A DNA stretch of 64,000 nucleotides from Octopus sinensis (taxonomy: Eukaryota), in the NCBI RefSeq assembly GCF_006345805.1, contig NC_043019.1, positions 5,827,360 through 5,891,359 of the forward strand, in the 5' to 3' direction. Shown one piece after another: positions 24,898 to 37,752 of this stretch (position 1 is the stretch's first letter; each line of letters opens with the position of its first letter). Made by a program: the position numbers and the translations under genes. The notes beneath the pieces are model-generated. The model saw only the letters and a program-made list of their open reading frames with translations. It searched no databases and was not told the origin of the DNA.

Positions 24898-25039
24898 AAA
24901 AATATGTAAAACATTAGAGAAAGAAACCCAGCTGTTTTTGCTATACATACCAATATATACATCTAAAGCGAAAGTTTTTCAGGGGCCCCTAAAATACTAT
25001 TGTGGAAACTCCAGTTTACTATTTAATTGCATGCCTCCC

Positions 25040-25097
25040 CCCACTCCCACTATTATGAACTCTCAGGGGCCACATGGACCCTGGTTGAGAACCACTG
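25040..25097. mobile_element. hAT (Charlie-like) terminal fragment
   Basis: Ends in TTGAGAACCACTG, the reverse complement of the CAGTGGTTCTCAA TIR; no partner end seen. Confidence 0.4.
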
Positions 25098-25329
25098 ATT
25101 TAGGTCAATGAAGTTAAGGTAAATAGATATATCAAGTCACTTAGCAGTTCGGCAAAAGAGATCGATAGAATAAGTACTAGGTTTACAAAGGATAAGTCCT
25201 GGGGTTGATTTGTTCAACTAAAGGCAGTACACCAGCATGGCCACAGTCAAATGACTGAAACAAATAGAAGAATACGCGTGTGTGTGTGTGTGTGCATATT
25301 TGTCAGCCCTTCCTTTCTAAATTGTTCAG

Positions 25330-25432
25330 CAATGGCAACAATGTTGCTGCCATTTCTCCTGACGAGTGGTCGTCTGCTGGTTTCACACCTTCAAAGATGT
25401 GTCAAATAAAATATCCCTTATTTGAAATACAA
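25330..25432 (+). CDS. Candidate internal exon of an unidentified host gene (NGNNVAAISPDEWSSAGFTPSKMCQIKYPLFEIQ)
   Basis: Acceptor ccttcctttctaaattgttcag, donor CAA|gtaagg, open frame, non-repetitive; no protein family recognised. Confidence 0.35.
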
Positions 25433-25555
25433 GTAAGGTTTAGCAACAAGAAAAGCATCCTACTGTAAAACAGTACCTCAACCATATATATATGTCTAAC
25501 ACATACTAGTATGGGAAAAAGGACATAAAATGAACAAACAGATATATATATATAT

Positions 25556-25921
25556 AACGTAAAGTGTACTAGCCATCTGAATGCGGCTAGCCACTGGGGT
25601 GGGTGTTACTGAAGCTTTTAGCCCCAGGAGATCATCGTCTCCAGCTGGCTTTAGACACACTTTCTGTGCCCTTCTGATATTCGCAAAGGGAGGTCATCCC
25701 CTCTCGAAAACCTATGTGATACATACGGACTATAGTTTCGAGGTTTTTGCCTCTCGTCACTTAGGTTTTCTAGAGGGGATGACCTCCCTTTGCGAATATC
25801 AGAAGGGCACAGAAAGTGTGTCTAAAGCCAGCTGGAGATGATGATCTCCTGGGGCTAAAAGCTTCAGTAACACCCACCCCCAGTGGCTAGCCACATTCAG
25901 ATGGCTAGTACACTTTACGTT
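25556..25921. repeat. Fold-back inverted duplication, ~164-bp arms with 37-nt spacer, in (TA)n
   Basis: Arms 25556-25719 and 25757-25921 differ at only a few positions. Confidence 0.95.
25722..25760 (-). ncRNA. 5'-truncated hammerhead ribozyme core at the fold-back junction
   Basis: Minus strand (G)UGACGA-GAGG(CAAAAA)CCUC-GAAAC(UAUA)GUC|CGUAUG; C3 and the 5' strand of stem I are replaced by the inverted arm. Confidence 0.7.
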
Positions 25922-25997
25922 GTCGAGCGGTTACTGTTTACATCTCGTTCGGAGATTTATTAATGCTTATATATATATATATATATAAAGTAGTTCT

Positions 25998-26324
25998 GAT
26001 ACCTGTGCCGGTGGCACGTAAAAAGCACCATCCGAACGTGGCCGATGCCAGCGCTGCCTTGACTGGCTTCTGTGCCGGTGGCACATAAAAAGCACCAACC
26101 GATCGTGGCCACTGCAAGCCTCCCCTGGCACCTGTGCTGATGGCACGTAAAAAGCACCCACTACACTCATGGAGTAGTTGGCATTAGGAAGGGCATCCAG
26201 CTGTAGAAACACTGCCAGATCAGACTGGAGCCTGGTGCAGCCTCCTGGCTCCCAGACCCTGGTCGAACCGTCCAACCCGTACTAGCACGGAAAACGGACA
26301 TTAAACGATGATGATGATGATGAT
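25998..26324 (+). mobile_element. SINE family 3
   Basis: Family consensus match. Confidence 0.85.
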
Positions 26325-26647
26325 ATTATATATATATATATATATATATGTGGGTGTGCATATATATATGTGCTCTATGGATTAGTCACCTTCTCTGTGA
26401 TGCTATTAAAAACAAATTCTGTGATAAGACTGTACATCATTTAAAACTGTAATGAACTTTGGAAATCTGTTTATGTTTATGTTACTTAATATCTACATAT
26501 TATAGTATAGCCTACTGATCTAGAACTCACATATTTTAGTGATGAGTACGGGACACGTTTATATGCTGTAATTTTTACAACTTTTAATAAAGCCTGTCTT
26601 TATGAAACGATTGTATAAAAACCTATCCATTCTTGTTATCTTCCCGC

Positions 26648-26738
<91 letters not shown>

Positions 26739-27069
26739 TGTATGTATGTATGTATGTATATATAAGCAACGTGAGAGAGAGAGAGTTTTAAAAAATTGTG
26801 TATGGAAAATAATTAAATATTCATCTCTGAGGAACTAAAAAGAAAAATTCTTAATTGAAACAGAAAATTGTTATTGCTTTATGCAAAATTTCAAAGGTAA
26901 AAATTTAAAACTCAAAAGAATTTTCACAACAGAAAATGAATTAATAGTGGAAGCAGAAATGTTTAGAGAAAAAAAAAAATTCACACGAAAATTACTAATA
27001 AATAAAAAGATAAAATAAATAAATCAAAGAAAAAGTAATTTGTATGAAAATAGTTTTAAGATTGATTTA

Positions 27070-27930
27070 TAGGCACAGGCATGGCTGTGTGGTAAGAAGT
27101 TTGAGTTCAAATTCCACCAAGGTCGACTTTGTCTTTCATCCTTTCAAGGTCGATAAATTAAGTACCAGTTATGTACTGGGGTCGATATAATCGACTTAAT
27201 CCGTTTGCCCCCTCTGTGTGTAGCCCCTTGTGGGCAGTAAAGAAATAAGAAATAAGAAGCTTGCTTCCCAACCACATGGTTCTGGGTTCAGTCTCATTGA
27301 GTGACACCTTGGGCAAGTGGCTGCTCCTATAGCCTCAGGCTTAACCAAAGCTTTGTAAATGAATTTGATAGACAAAGACTAAAAAAAACCCCATCGCATG
27401 CGTGTGAGTGTCTGCGTTTGTCTACCCCTACAACTTGATAACTGGTGTTGGCATGTTTATGGCCCTGTAACTTAGCAGTTCAGTAAAAAGAGACTGATAC
27501 CAGGCATAACGAAAATTATGTACTGGGGTCAATTCATTTGACTAAAAATTCTTCAAGGTGGTGCCCCAGCATGGCCACAGTCTAATGACTGAAACAAGTA
27601 AAAGATAAAAGATGTGTGTGTATGTGTGTGTGTGTGTGTATGTGTGTGTATGAGTGTGTGTGTGTCTGTGTATGAGTGTGTGTGTATGAGTGTATGTGTG
27701 AGTGTGTGTGTATCATTGTGTCTGCATTTGTCCCCACTATCGCATGACAACCGGTGTTGGTGTGTTTACATCCCTGTAACTTAGTGGCTCGGTAAAAAGA
27801 GACTGATAGAATCAATACCATGCTTAACAAAAACTAAGCACTGAGGTCAATTCATTCAACTAAACAATTCTTCAAGGTGGTGCCCCAGCATGGCCACAGT
27901 CTAATGACTGAAACAAGTAAAAGATAAATG
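27070..27930 (+). mobile_element. Cluster of nested SINE family 1/2 fragments with duplicated 3' ends
   Basis: SINE1 head, SINE2 core, and two SINE1-variant tails (27540-27610 and 27860-27930). Confidence 0.65.
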
Positions 27931-28469
27931 ATCAAAGAGACCCCCCCAACACCCTCATCTCCCCTGTAAACATTAAAAAACGACATCTTTGGTACTTGGT
28001 CACCTTTTCACATCATTTACTTTTGTATCTAATGTTACAGCTTAGTTCAGACTCAGTGCATTTCTCTTCAATTATTTCTGTGTGAATGCACAATGTTTCA
28101 CGTTTAAATGAAATCACATCATTTACAAACCATATTCCGACCATCTGTCCTTTTGTTTTTGTCCTGAAGGACTTCTAAAAGTGACAAAGAACCAAAAATA
28201 GCTTATTGTGTAATATACTTTCTATTTAATAATATCTTAGATTTTCTCAATTACTTATAACATATTGATTTTTTTTATTTCTGCTCAAACACACAAACCA
28301 TTGTTTTCTACTTTTTCATTAACGATGACCTTAATCTAGCCACCTTAACCTAATGACCTCCACTCATTCAATTTTCTTCTTGAAATCTTAGAAGTTCACT
28401 TCCATTTCATCAATGTTAGAAACCTCAATGTGGCAAAACTTTTGTTTGTGTTTCCATAGTATACTTCCT

Positions 28470-28975
28470 CCTTACACCTCCTCCTCCTCCTCCTCCTCTT
28501 CTTTACTCCCTATCCCCTTCTTCCTTACTCTTCCTAGCTCCTTCCCCCTCCTCCTCCTCTTTACTCCTCATCCCCTCCCTCCTTACTCTTCCTAAGTCCT
28601 CCTCCTCCTCCTCCTCTTCTTTGCTCCCTATCCCCTTCTTCCTTACACTTCCTAACTCCTCCCCCTTCCTCTTCCTCCTTACTCCCCATCCCCTCTTTCC
28701 TTACTCTTCCTAAGTCCTCCTCCTCCTCTTCTTCTTCTTCTTTACTCCCCATCCCCTTCTTCCTTACTCTTCCTAACTCCTCCCCCTCCCCCTCCTCTTT
28801 ACTCCCCATCCCCTCCCTCCTAACTCTTCCTACAACTACTACTACTACTACTCCTACTCCTACTCCTCTCCTACTCCTCCCCTCCTCCTCCTCCTCCTCC
28901 GTACCCCCCTACTCCATACTCCTCTATACTTCTCCTCCCCTATTTACCCCTCCTCTCCCACTTCTCTCTCACCTA
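28470..28975. repeat. Pyrimidine-rich degenerate ~55-65-bp tandem repeat
   Basis: Recurring tttactccccatcccc..ccttactcttcctaa. Confidence 0.85.
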
Positions 28976-29236
28976 ACTGGTCGTGAGTTGATTGATAAAA
29001 TAAACACCAGTTGAGCATTGGGGTTGATTTAATTGACTTACTCCTCCCCCTCCCCCGACGCTGCTGGCCTTGTGCCAAAATTTGAAATCAATATTTATTA
29101 ATGAATGAAGGTGGGGAGCTGGCAGAATCTTTAGCCCCCTAGGCAAAATGTTCAGGGCATTTCATTGGTCTTCAAGTTCTGAGTTCAAATTCCACCTTTC
29201 ATCCTTATGGAGTCAACAAAATATGTACCAGCTGAA

Positions 29237-29600
29237 CATCATCATCATTTAACGTCCGCTTTCCATGCTAGCATGGCAAACCAAAAGGCTGCACCAGACT
29301 CCAATCTGATCTGGCAGAGTTTCTATAGCTGGATGCCCTTCCTAACGCCAACCACTCCAAGAGTGTAGTGGGTGCTTTTACGTGTCACCGTCATGAGGGC
29401 CAGTCAGGCAGTACTGGCAACAGCCACACTCAAATGGTGTTTTTTATGTGCCACCTGCACAGGAGCCAGTCCAGTGGCATTGGCAACGACCTCGCCAGTA
29501 AGGCAGTGCAGGTAACGATCACACTCGAATGGTACTTTTTACGTGCCACCAGCATGGAGGCTAGTTTGTTGCTTTGGCAACGATCATACTCGTATGGTAC
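29237..29600 (-). mobile_element. SINE family 3
   Basis: Family consensus match, with internal ~60-bp units. Confidence 0.8.
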
Positions 29601-29714
29601 TCTTAGCGCTCCACTAGCATGGATGACAGTCATCAAATTTGATTTTGATTTCAACTGGGGCTGATTTAATCTCCCCCTGACACTGCTGGTTCTGAGCCAA
29701 AATTTGAAACCAAT

Positions 29715-29972
29715 ATTTGCACGTAAAAAGCACCATCCGACTGTGGCCGTTTGCCAGCCTCCCCTGGCACCTGTACCGGTGGCACATAAAAAGCACCCAC
29801 TATACTCACGGAGTGGTTGGCATTAGGAAGGGCATCCAGCCGTAGAAACATTGCCAGATCAGACTGGAGCCTGGTGCAGCTTTCTGGCTTCCCAGACCCC
29901 AGTTGAACTGTCCAACCCATGCTAGCATGGAAAGCGGACGCTAAATGATGATGATGATGATGATGATGATGA
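29715..29972 (+). mobile_element. SINE family 3
   Basis: Family consensus match. Confidence 0.85.
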
Positions 29973-29976
29973 ATTA

Positions 29977-30335
29977 AGGCAGTGAGCTGGCAGAATCTTC
30001 AGCACGCTGAGTAAAATGCTCAGCAGCATTTCGTCTGTTCTTACATTCTGAGTTCAAATCCCACCAAAGTTGACTCTGCCTTTCATCTGTTGAGAGTTGA
30101 TAAGATAAGTACTAGTTGAGTACAGGGGTCATGGTAATTGCCTAGCCTCAAACTCTGAAATTGCTGGCCTTGTGCTAAAATTCGAAACTAATATCTAGAA
30201 ATGAAAAGGAACCGTGAGCTGGTGGAATCCTTACTGTGCTGGGCAAAGTGCTTAGTGGCACTTCGTCCATCTTTGCATTCTGAAGTTGGCTTTGCATTTC
30301 CTCCTTTCAGGATTTATAAAATAAGTACCTGTTGA
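29977..30335 (+). mobile_element. Two SINE family 2 variant copies in tandem
   Basis: gtgagctggcagaatc heads at about 29980 and 30213. Confidence 0.7.
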
Positions 30336-30338
30336 GGA

Positions 30339-30701
30339 TTCATCATCATCATTTGGTGTCCGCTTTCCATGCTAGCATGGGTTGGACGGTTCAACTGGGG
30401 TCTGGGAAGCCAGAAGGCTGCACCAGGCCCAGTCTGATCTGGCAATGTTTCTATGGCTGGATGCCCTTCCTAATGCCAACCAGTCCGTGAGTGTAGTGAG
30501 TGCTTTTTACGTGCCACCGGCACAGTTGCCAGACGGGGCTGGCAAACGGCCATGGTCGGATGGTGCTTTTTATGTGCCACCGCCACAGGGGCCAGATAAG
30601 GCTGGCAAACGGCCATGGTCGGATGGTGCTTTTTACGTGCCACCGGCACAGTTGCCAGACGGGGCTGGCAAACGGCCATGGTCGGATGGTGCTTTTTACG
30701 T
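30339..30701 (-). mobile_element. SINE family 3 with three 63-bp internal tandem units
   Basis: gtgccaccggcacagttgccagacggggctggcaaacggccatggtcggatggtgcttttt units. Confidence 0.85.
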
Positions 30702-31786
30702 GTGAGGTTGATGTAATCAACCTTCAAATTGCTGGCCTTGTGCCAAAACTTGAAAACAATATTTGTAAATGAATGATCAGTAATATATTCGATACAATCT
30801 GTGAGTTATGCAGGAATTTTTTTAAGAAACATTTTTAGTTATAAACAAATCTTTTATCAAAGCTTATTTTTTTTTAATGTGGAAACAAGAAGAATTACTC
30901 TTGAGATTTGTTGAGAGTGTGCAGGAGGGGAGGGTGTCATTCGGTTGGGAAAGAGAAGTTATTGATGTTCGTTAATGCTTTGGTAATTTCATTAGATAAT
31001 GGCTTAATAGCTTTAACATGTTTTATAGGTTTCTGGTGGGTTTTATAATTAGGAATTTACATCAAGGCATTTACTATTATATTAATGAAAGAAAGCACTA
31101 ATATTATTATTATTATTATTCGTGGTGGTGGTGGTAGTAATGTTATTGATAGCATTATCATTATTATTATTATTATTATTATTATCATTAGTATTATTAT
31201 TATCATTATCATCATCAATGTTGTTTATGCAGCTCCAATTTGGAATATGACTTTTCACAGATTACTTGATAAAAATTTTATTTTGTTAATTTTTTTCTTT
31301 CTGAATTTCTGGCACAGTGGCTTTGTACATTAATTTACCTCCACCCCTATTTTCCTGGGTGGATGGAAAATATTTGTCTTGACATTTTTCTTTGGTTATG
31401 GACATTTCCACCAGACAGCCATTTGTAACTTTGTTTGCTTTTCATAATGGCTGTAGCAGTGGTAGTAGGAAGAGGTGAATGTTACAGTGGTGGTGGTGGT
31501 GGTGGTAGTAACTATGATAAAACAAAATGTTTACACCAACCCTCAGGATTTTTCAATCCCATCTCCCTCAGAAAAATAGATTTAAGAAACAAACAGACAT
31601 AACCAATTAATAGACTTGCAAGTACAAATATTTACAAACATTTACAACCCAACCATAAAACAATACACACAAGGTGAATACTGGAAATGGTGATTTGAAA
31701 GAGGGAATACGAATTTATATTGCTGAGATGAGAGATTGATATTGTGCATACTGTTGGATTGGTGTCCTCAGCTGGAGTGTCGCTTT

Positions 31787-31830
31787 CACTACGTTTTAGC
31801 TGTTGTATTCTCCTGCCTTCTTCAGGTGTC
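31787..31830 (-). ncRNA. Degenerate hammerhead motif (G12A)
   Basis: Minus strand GACAC-CUGAAGAA-GGC..GCU-AAAACGUA|GUG. Confidence 0.45.
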
Positions 31831-32074
31831 TTGGGTTGAATTCAGTTGTTGTATACTTGTGATATGCATAGCATGGTAGATAAAGACGTTGGTTCACCTA
31901 GAGGTACTAAGATCAATCCCAGGCAATGCACTAAGGTAATTCACAAAAAAAAATCAATGGAAGCAAAAAGAAAATGTCACAGAAAGCAGAGAACAGAGGG
32001 AGAAAAGTGTACTCCCCCCCGACCTGTGGATCAGGGGTAGGTGCAAAATTCTGATACAACAGAATTTAGTAGAA

Positions 32075-32119
32075 GACACCTGAAGAAGGGTAGAGCATGC
32101 AACAGCTGAAATGTAGTGT
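32075..32119 (+). ncRNA. Degenerate hammerhead motif
   Basis: GACAC-CUGAAGAA-GG..AGCU-GAAAUGUA|GUGU; stem I GACAC/GUGU, stem II decayed. Confidence 0.45.
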
Positions 32120-32519
32120 AAATTAACAATCGAAATGAGGACATCAGTCTGACTGATATAAACAGTATCCATGAAAGAGGGAAATAGTAAAATGGTTAAC
32201 AATGCCACGAGAATGTCTCTGGGTCTGTGCCATTCTAGGAAACTAAGAAAACATGAAGATTTGTCAAAAAAGACAACAGGGATTTGTTTGAGAGATTTAT
32301 CCAATGTAAAGCAAGGAATAAAATGACATGGCTACATGTTGTGAATAAAAGGAAACAAAGCCATGTTTACCTAAGAGAGGAACTTGAGGAAATTCCACCA
32401 ACATGTAGCAAGAAATTCATTTAGAGGAAATTCCACCAACATATCGAAGCATGTAAAGACAGATGAAATGCCGCTAAGCATTTTGCCTAGCATGCTAATG
32501 ATTCTGCCAGCTCACCACC

Positions 32520-32576
<57 letters not shown>

Positions 32577-32663
32577 GATGATGATAATGATTATGATGAT
32601 GATGACAATAATGATGATGATGATGACGATGATGATGATGATGATGATGATAATAATAATAAT
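32520..32663. repeat. (TAA)n/(GAT)n compound microsatellite
   Basis: Directly visible. Confidence 0.95.
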
Positions 32664-33216
32664 CACATCTCACTCCTCTGGAACTTCACCATTCAAACTG
32701 ACAGAAAGATAGATGCAAATAGGCCAGACATCATATTGAAAGACTTCAGACAAAGAATATGCCTCCTCATTGATATGACTGTCCCAATCGACATAAATGT
32801 ATCTGTCAAGACCTACCAAAATCTGAGCAAATATAAAGATCTTGAAATAGAAATGAGCAAAATATGGAACCTCAAGACTAAAACAATACCTGTTGTCATA
32901 GGTGCCCTAGGAACGATAGCAAAAGGGACTGATTCCAACCTAGCTCAGACACCAGGAAATACCAAAATGGCAGAAATTCAAAAGATAAGAATTGCCCATA
33001 TCCTACACAAAATACTTTCTATGTAATCTCAAGTTTTAAAACAAACATAATTTTCTTATGTTTTTTTAAACATTCTCTAGTACACACTATGTACAAAACC
33101 AAATAATGGCACCCTAGGCATACACCAACATGAACTCTCCAACTTGTGGTCTCTTGAGTCTCTGGGTGAGACTTGGAGCCAACTTGTACAAATGAAAGCA
33201 AAAGTCAAACATAAGA
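32664..33216 (+). mobile_element. R4/Dong-type LINE 3' fragment (RLE domain + 3'UTR) flanked by (TAA)n
   Basis: LLWNFTIQTDRKIDANRPDIILKD..CLLIDMTVP..KYKDL..KTIPVVIGALG (PD-D/E-x-K restriction-like endonuclease). Confidence 0.85.
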
Positions 33217-33277
33217 TAATAATAATAATAATAAGAATAATAATAATGATAATAATAATAATAATAATAATAATAAT

Positions 33278-36200
33278 GGAGGAGGGATATCTTTAGAAAT
33301 AACAGACTCACAGACAGTGAAATAACGCGATCAAGCACGCAACGGAAAATGACATAAATATAAGACACAAAGGAATGAAGAATCAGATGAACAGTATAGC
33401 CCGCCACGAGGCTTAATTGAAAGACTGCCATCTGACCAAAGTACGCAAAGGCCTGAAGATACAGAAATTCTATTGCACCTGTTAAAGATAGCCAGGAAAA
33501 CGAAAAAACAACAGTAACTGAAGATCTCGCATTTGCTGAAAAACACAGAGAGTCTATGGCAGAAATGAGGCAGAAAATCCTGAATACGCTTGAAGTTGTA
33601 AGACATACAAGTATGAATGATAGGAACCACTTCATAAACTCTCAAATACTACCAAAATAAAAAACAAATCCAAATTGGCAACTATGTAACAAATGAAATA
33701 ATACGAGAATTAAAACCTGATTTTACTGAGTTAAATGAAATTATTACGCTTCTGCTAGGGAATTGAAACCAGCTGTATGCCCCCGAAAAAACAAAGAAAA
33801 CAAAACCTGGGAAGAAATCAAACCTGGAGAAGTAAAATTGAAAAAGAGATTGAATTTATGAGAGGGGAAATATCAATATTAAATGAACTAATATGTGGAA
33901 ATGATGTAAGATCCAGAACAGGAAGAAAGATGAAGAGAAAATTTGGATCCTCACCAAGAGAAGAACTGATATCAATAAAAGAAACGCTGAAACAAAAAGT
34001 CCAAGCAAAAGCCCAAAGAATACGAAGATTTGAGAAGAGAAACAAGTTTTACAAGCAAAATAAGCTGTTCACATCCAATGCCAAAAAATTCTACAGAGAA
34101 ATAGGGAAGGAGAAAGTAACCGTTAAAGACCCCCCTCCCATGGAAGAAGTTCAAAACTTTTGGAAAAGGATTTGGAGTGACAAGAAGACGTACAACATAA
34201 ATGCAGACTGGATTATACAAACTGAAGGATCCTACCCAAAATTTACAACAACAAGCATGGGAAGACATCACAATAGCAGACCTAAGAAAGGCACTCACGA
34301 AGGCCCATAATTGGAAATCCCCCGGTAAAGATAGGGTGCCGAATTTCTGGCTCGCATCGCTCCCATGCGCACACGGTAAGCTAGTTCAGCTGCTCAATGG
34401 AATTATGAGAGACCAAAGAAAACACCTGAATGGTTAGCAAGTGGCATTACTTACCTACTCCCAAAGAATAACGAACACAACTTCCAAAAAAACTATCGGC
34501 CTATAACCTGTCTATCCACCACGTATAAAATCCTAACATCTATCCTGGCGGAGAAACATATGCATTCATGGAGAAGAACGATATTTTCCCCATTGAACAA
34601 AAAGGGTGCCGCCGAGGCTCTTACGGATGCAAAGATCAACTGCTAATCAATCGTATGATCCTTGAGAACTGTCACACAAGCGCAGAAATCTCAGCACCGC
34701 ATGGATTGACTATAAAAAGGCCTTCGACAGTATACCGCATCCATGGATCTTGAGATCGCTGGACATCTTCAAAATTCCCCTGTGATTTCAAACTTCCTGA
34801 AGCACAATATGTCGTTGTGGAATACGAATCTCCAATTATACCACTCTAATGGAGTACTTGCCTCAGAAAATATAAACATCAACTGTGGAATTTTTCAAGG
34901 TGACTCACTTTCACCTTTAATATTCTGCATAGCCCTAATACCCCTTACAAGTGAATTAAACAGAACAGGGTATGGGTATAAAATTGCCAATAAAAAAATA
35001 AGCCTATATTTATATGGATGACTTAAAACTTTATGGTAAAGACAATAATGAACTTGAAGGCCTATTGCGCACCGTGAAAGCATTCAGCGATGACATCGGG
35101 ATGGAGTTTGGACTTGAGAAGTGTGCCAAGGCCACTTTCCAGAAAGGGAAAGTGAAGACCACAAATTCAGTCGTGTTAGATGTTGACACAGTCATAAGAG
35201 AGCTTGAGCAAGAACAAACATACAAATATTTAGGGATAAATGAAGGCTCTGGTATTCAGCATGCAAGCATGAAAGAGAAAATCAGGAAGGAATGTTATAG
35301 GAGAGTTCGTGCAGTCCTGAAATCTGAACTAAATGCACATAACAAGGTGTTAGCTATAAATTCCTTAGCAGTTCCAGTTGTTACTTATAGCTACAATGTG
35401 TTGAACTGGAATATGAGTGAAGTAAAGAATATAGATAGAAAAATACGCAAGCTGCTGAGTTGTAATAGGATGCACCACCCAAAGGCAGACGTAGATCGCC
35501 TTTACCTTCCCAGAGCCCAAGGAGGTCGAGGCCTGATCCAATTTGAACTAGCTTACAAAACAACCACTGGCCAAATATCTTGAAATATCGAATGACTGGA
35601 TGCTAAAGCTCGTGGAAAATCACGAGAGCCGAAAGAAGCTTCATTCTATCATAAGGAAAGCAAAAAATTTGCTATTGATCTCGTGCAGGATACCCAAACT
35701 GACAACCCGAGGGAAGTACGGCAACTATTGTTGCAAAGAAGGTGAAAATGATGGCAATGAAAAAAGCGCACGAGCAATTGCTGATAGGTGGGAGGAGAAA
35801 CCTCTGCACACAAATATGTGACCGCAGCAAACAAGCTGATGTTGACCAGAAGCAAACCCATCAGTGGCTGCGGAGCTCAGGCTAAAAGCAGAGAGCGAAG
35901 GTTTCATCCTGGCTGCTCAAGACCAAAGCCTATCAACCCGGAACTACCAGGCCAATGTGATGAAAAATGGAGCAGACCCAAAATGCCGATTCTGCAACGA
36001 CATGATTGAAACAGTGGACCACCTAATCTCTGGATGTAAAGTCTTAGCACCAGTGGAGTATAAATTAAGACATGACAGAGTTGGCCAATATCTCCACTGG
36101 CTAATAAGTTGGCATTACAATATCAAAACTGCCGACAAGTGGTATAATCACCACCCTGAGGCTGTAACTGAAGGAGAAAATGTAACCATTCTGTGGGACT

Positions 36201-36581
36201 TTCCAGTACATACAGACCGAACCATCAAAGGCCAATAAACCAGATATTGTTGTAAAGACCCAAAACAATAAAGTTTGCTTATTGATCGACATGAGCATCC
36301 CTGTGATCATAATATCTCAGCAAAAGAGTTTGACAAGCTCAGAAAATATAAAGACCTACTCATTGAAATTGAGAAAATGTGGCATCTCAAGGCGGTTACA
36401 ATGCCAGTGATCGTAGGAGCACTAGGAATGATCAAGAAGGGAACCGAAAATTATGAGAATGATCCCTGGCTTACCATCCCTGCAAGAAGTGCAAAAGATT
36501 GTCTTAACTGGTACATCACACGTATTGAGAAGAGCATTGTCGATGTGAGAACTGTTGCTGCTCATGTATTTTAATTTAACT

Positions 36582-36612
<31 letters not shown>

Positions 36613-36749
36613 AACGAACTACTGAGTTTGGTTTAATGGCCTACCAATATACACTATGAGTTTCTTTGCCCTAGGAGTCGGGAAGACACTCGACAAGAAA
36701 TGGAAGAAAATTTGAAAGAAGAAAAAAAAAAAGTAATAATAATAATAAT
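33278..36749 (+). mobile_element. 5'-truncated R4/Dong-clade non-LTR retrotransposon (RT + CCHC + RLE), frameshifted, in (TAA)n
   Basis: YRPITCL; EQKGCRRGSYGCKDQLLIN; IDYKKAFDS; GIFQGDSLSPLIF; YMDDLKLY; CRFCNDMIETVDHLISGC..RHDRVG; KPDIVV..LLIDMS..KYKDL; (TAA)n at both ends. Confidence 0.95.
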
Positions 36750-36880
36750 GGTTTCAACTTTTGGGGAGGAGTAAATCGGTTACATCAACTCCAGTGCACT
36801 ACTGTTATTTATTTTATCAACCCCCAAAAGAGATGAAAGGCAAATATACATATGTGCACACACACACACACATACACACA

Positions 36881-36923
<43 letters not shown>

Positions 36924-37132
36924 TCAGGTAATTGCAATTATTATAAGCAAAAGCTCAGGTGCGGCTACGTGGAAAGAAGTTTGTTTCCTAACCATATGGT
37001 TCAGGGTTCAATCCTACTGTGTGGCACACCTTGGGTAAGTATCTTCTACTATACCCTCTGACCTACCAAATCATTGCTAGTGGATTTCGTAGGTGGAAAC
37101 TGTAAGAATCCCAACATGTATACTCTCTCTTT

Positions 37133-37303
37133 CTCTTTTACTCTCTTTTACATGTTTCAGTCACTTGACTGCGGCCATGCTGGAGCACCGCCTTTAGTCG
37201 AGCAACTCGACCCAGGGACTTATTCTTTGTAAGCCCAGTACTTATTCTATTGGTCTCTTTTGCCGAACCGCTAAGTGACGGGGACATAAACACAGACACA
37301 CAA

Positions 37304-37340
<37 letters not shown>

Positions 37341-37487
37341 CTATATACGACGGGCTTCTTTCAGTTTCCATCTACCAAATCGACTCACAAAGCATTGGTC
37401 GACACTTGCCAAGATGCCACGCAGTGGGACTGAACCCTGAACCATGTGGTTGGTTAGCAAGCTACTTACCACACAGCCACTCCTGCG
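37133..37487 (-). mobile_element. SINE family 1
   Basis: Family consensus match. Confidence 0.9.
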
Positions 37488-37496
37488 TCTACCAAA

Positions 37497-37535
<39 letters not shown>

Positions 37536-37752
37536 TATAATATATATATATATTATATATATATAATATATATAATATTAATATATATATATAATATATA
37601 TATATAATATATATATATATATCAACATTAAAGGATAAAATCTTAATAAGGAATCTTCATAAGAAATTATCAAGTAGTTAGCGTGACAAACCTCATAAGA
37701 GGAAAAATCCGAAAATAATTTTTTCGCTTGAAAATATTTATTTATATTATAT

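Noticed and set aside
37685-37730. Hammerhead-like GGA(AAAA)UCC-GAAA upstream of the 37753 fold-back
   Set aside because: The core reads CUCAUAAGA (multiple deviations) and stem I is weak; not supportable without a family consensus.
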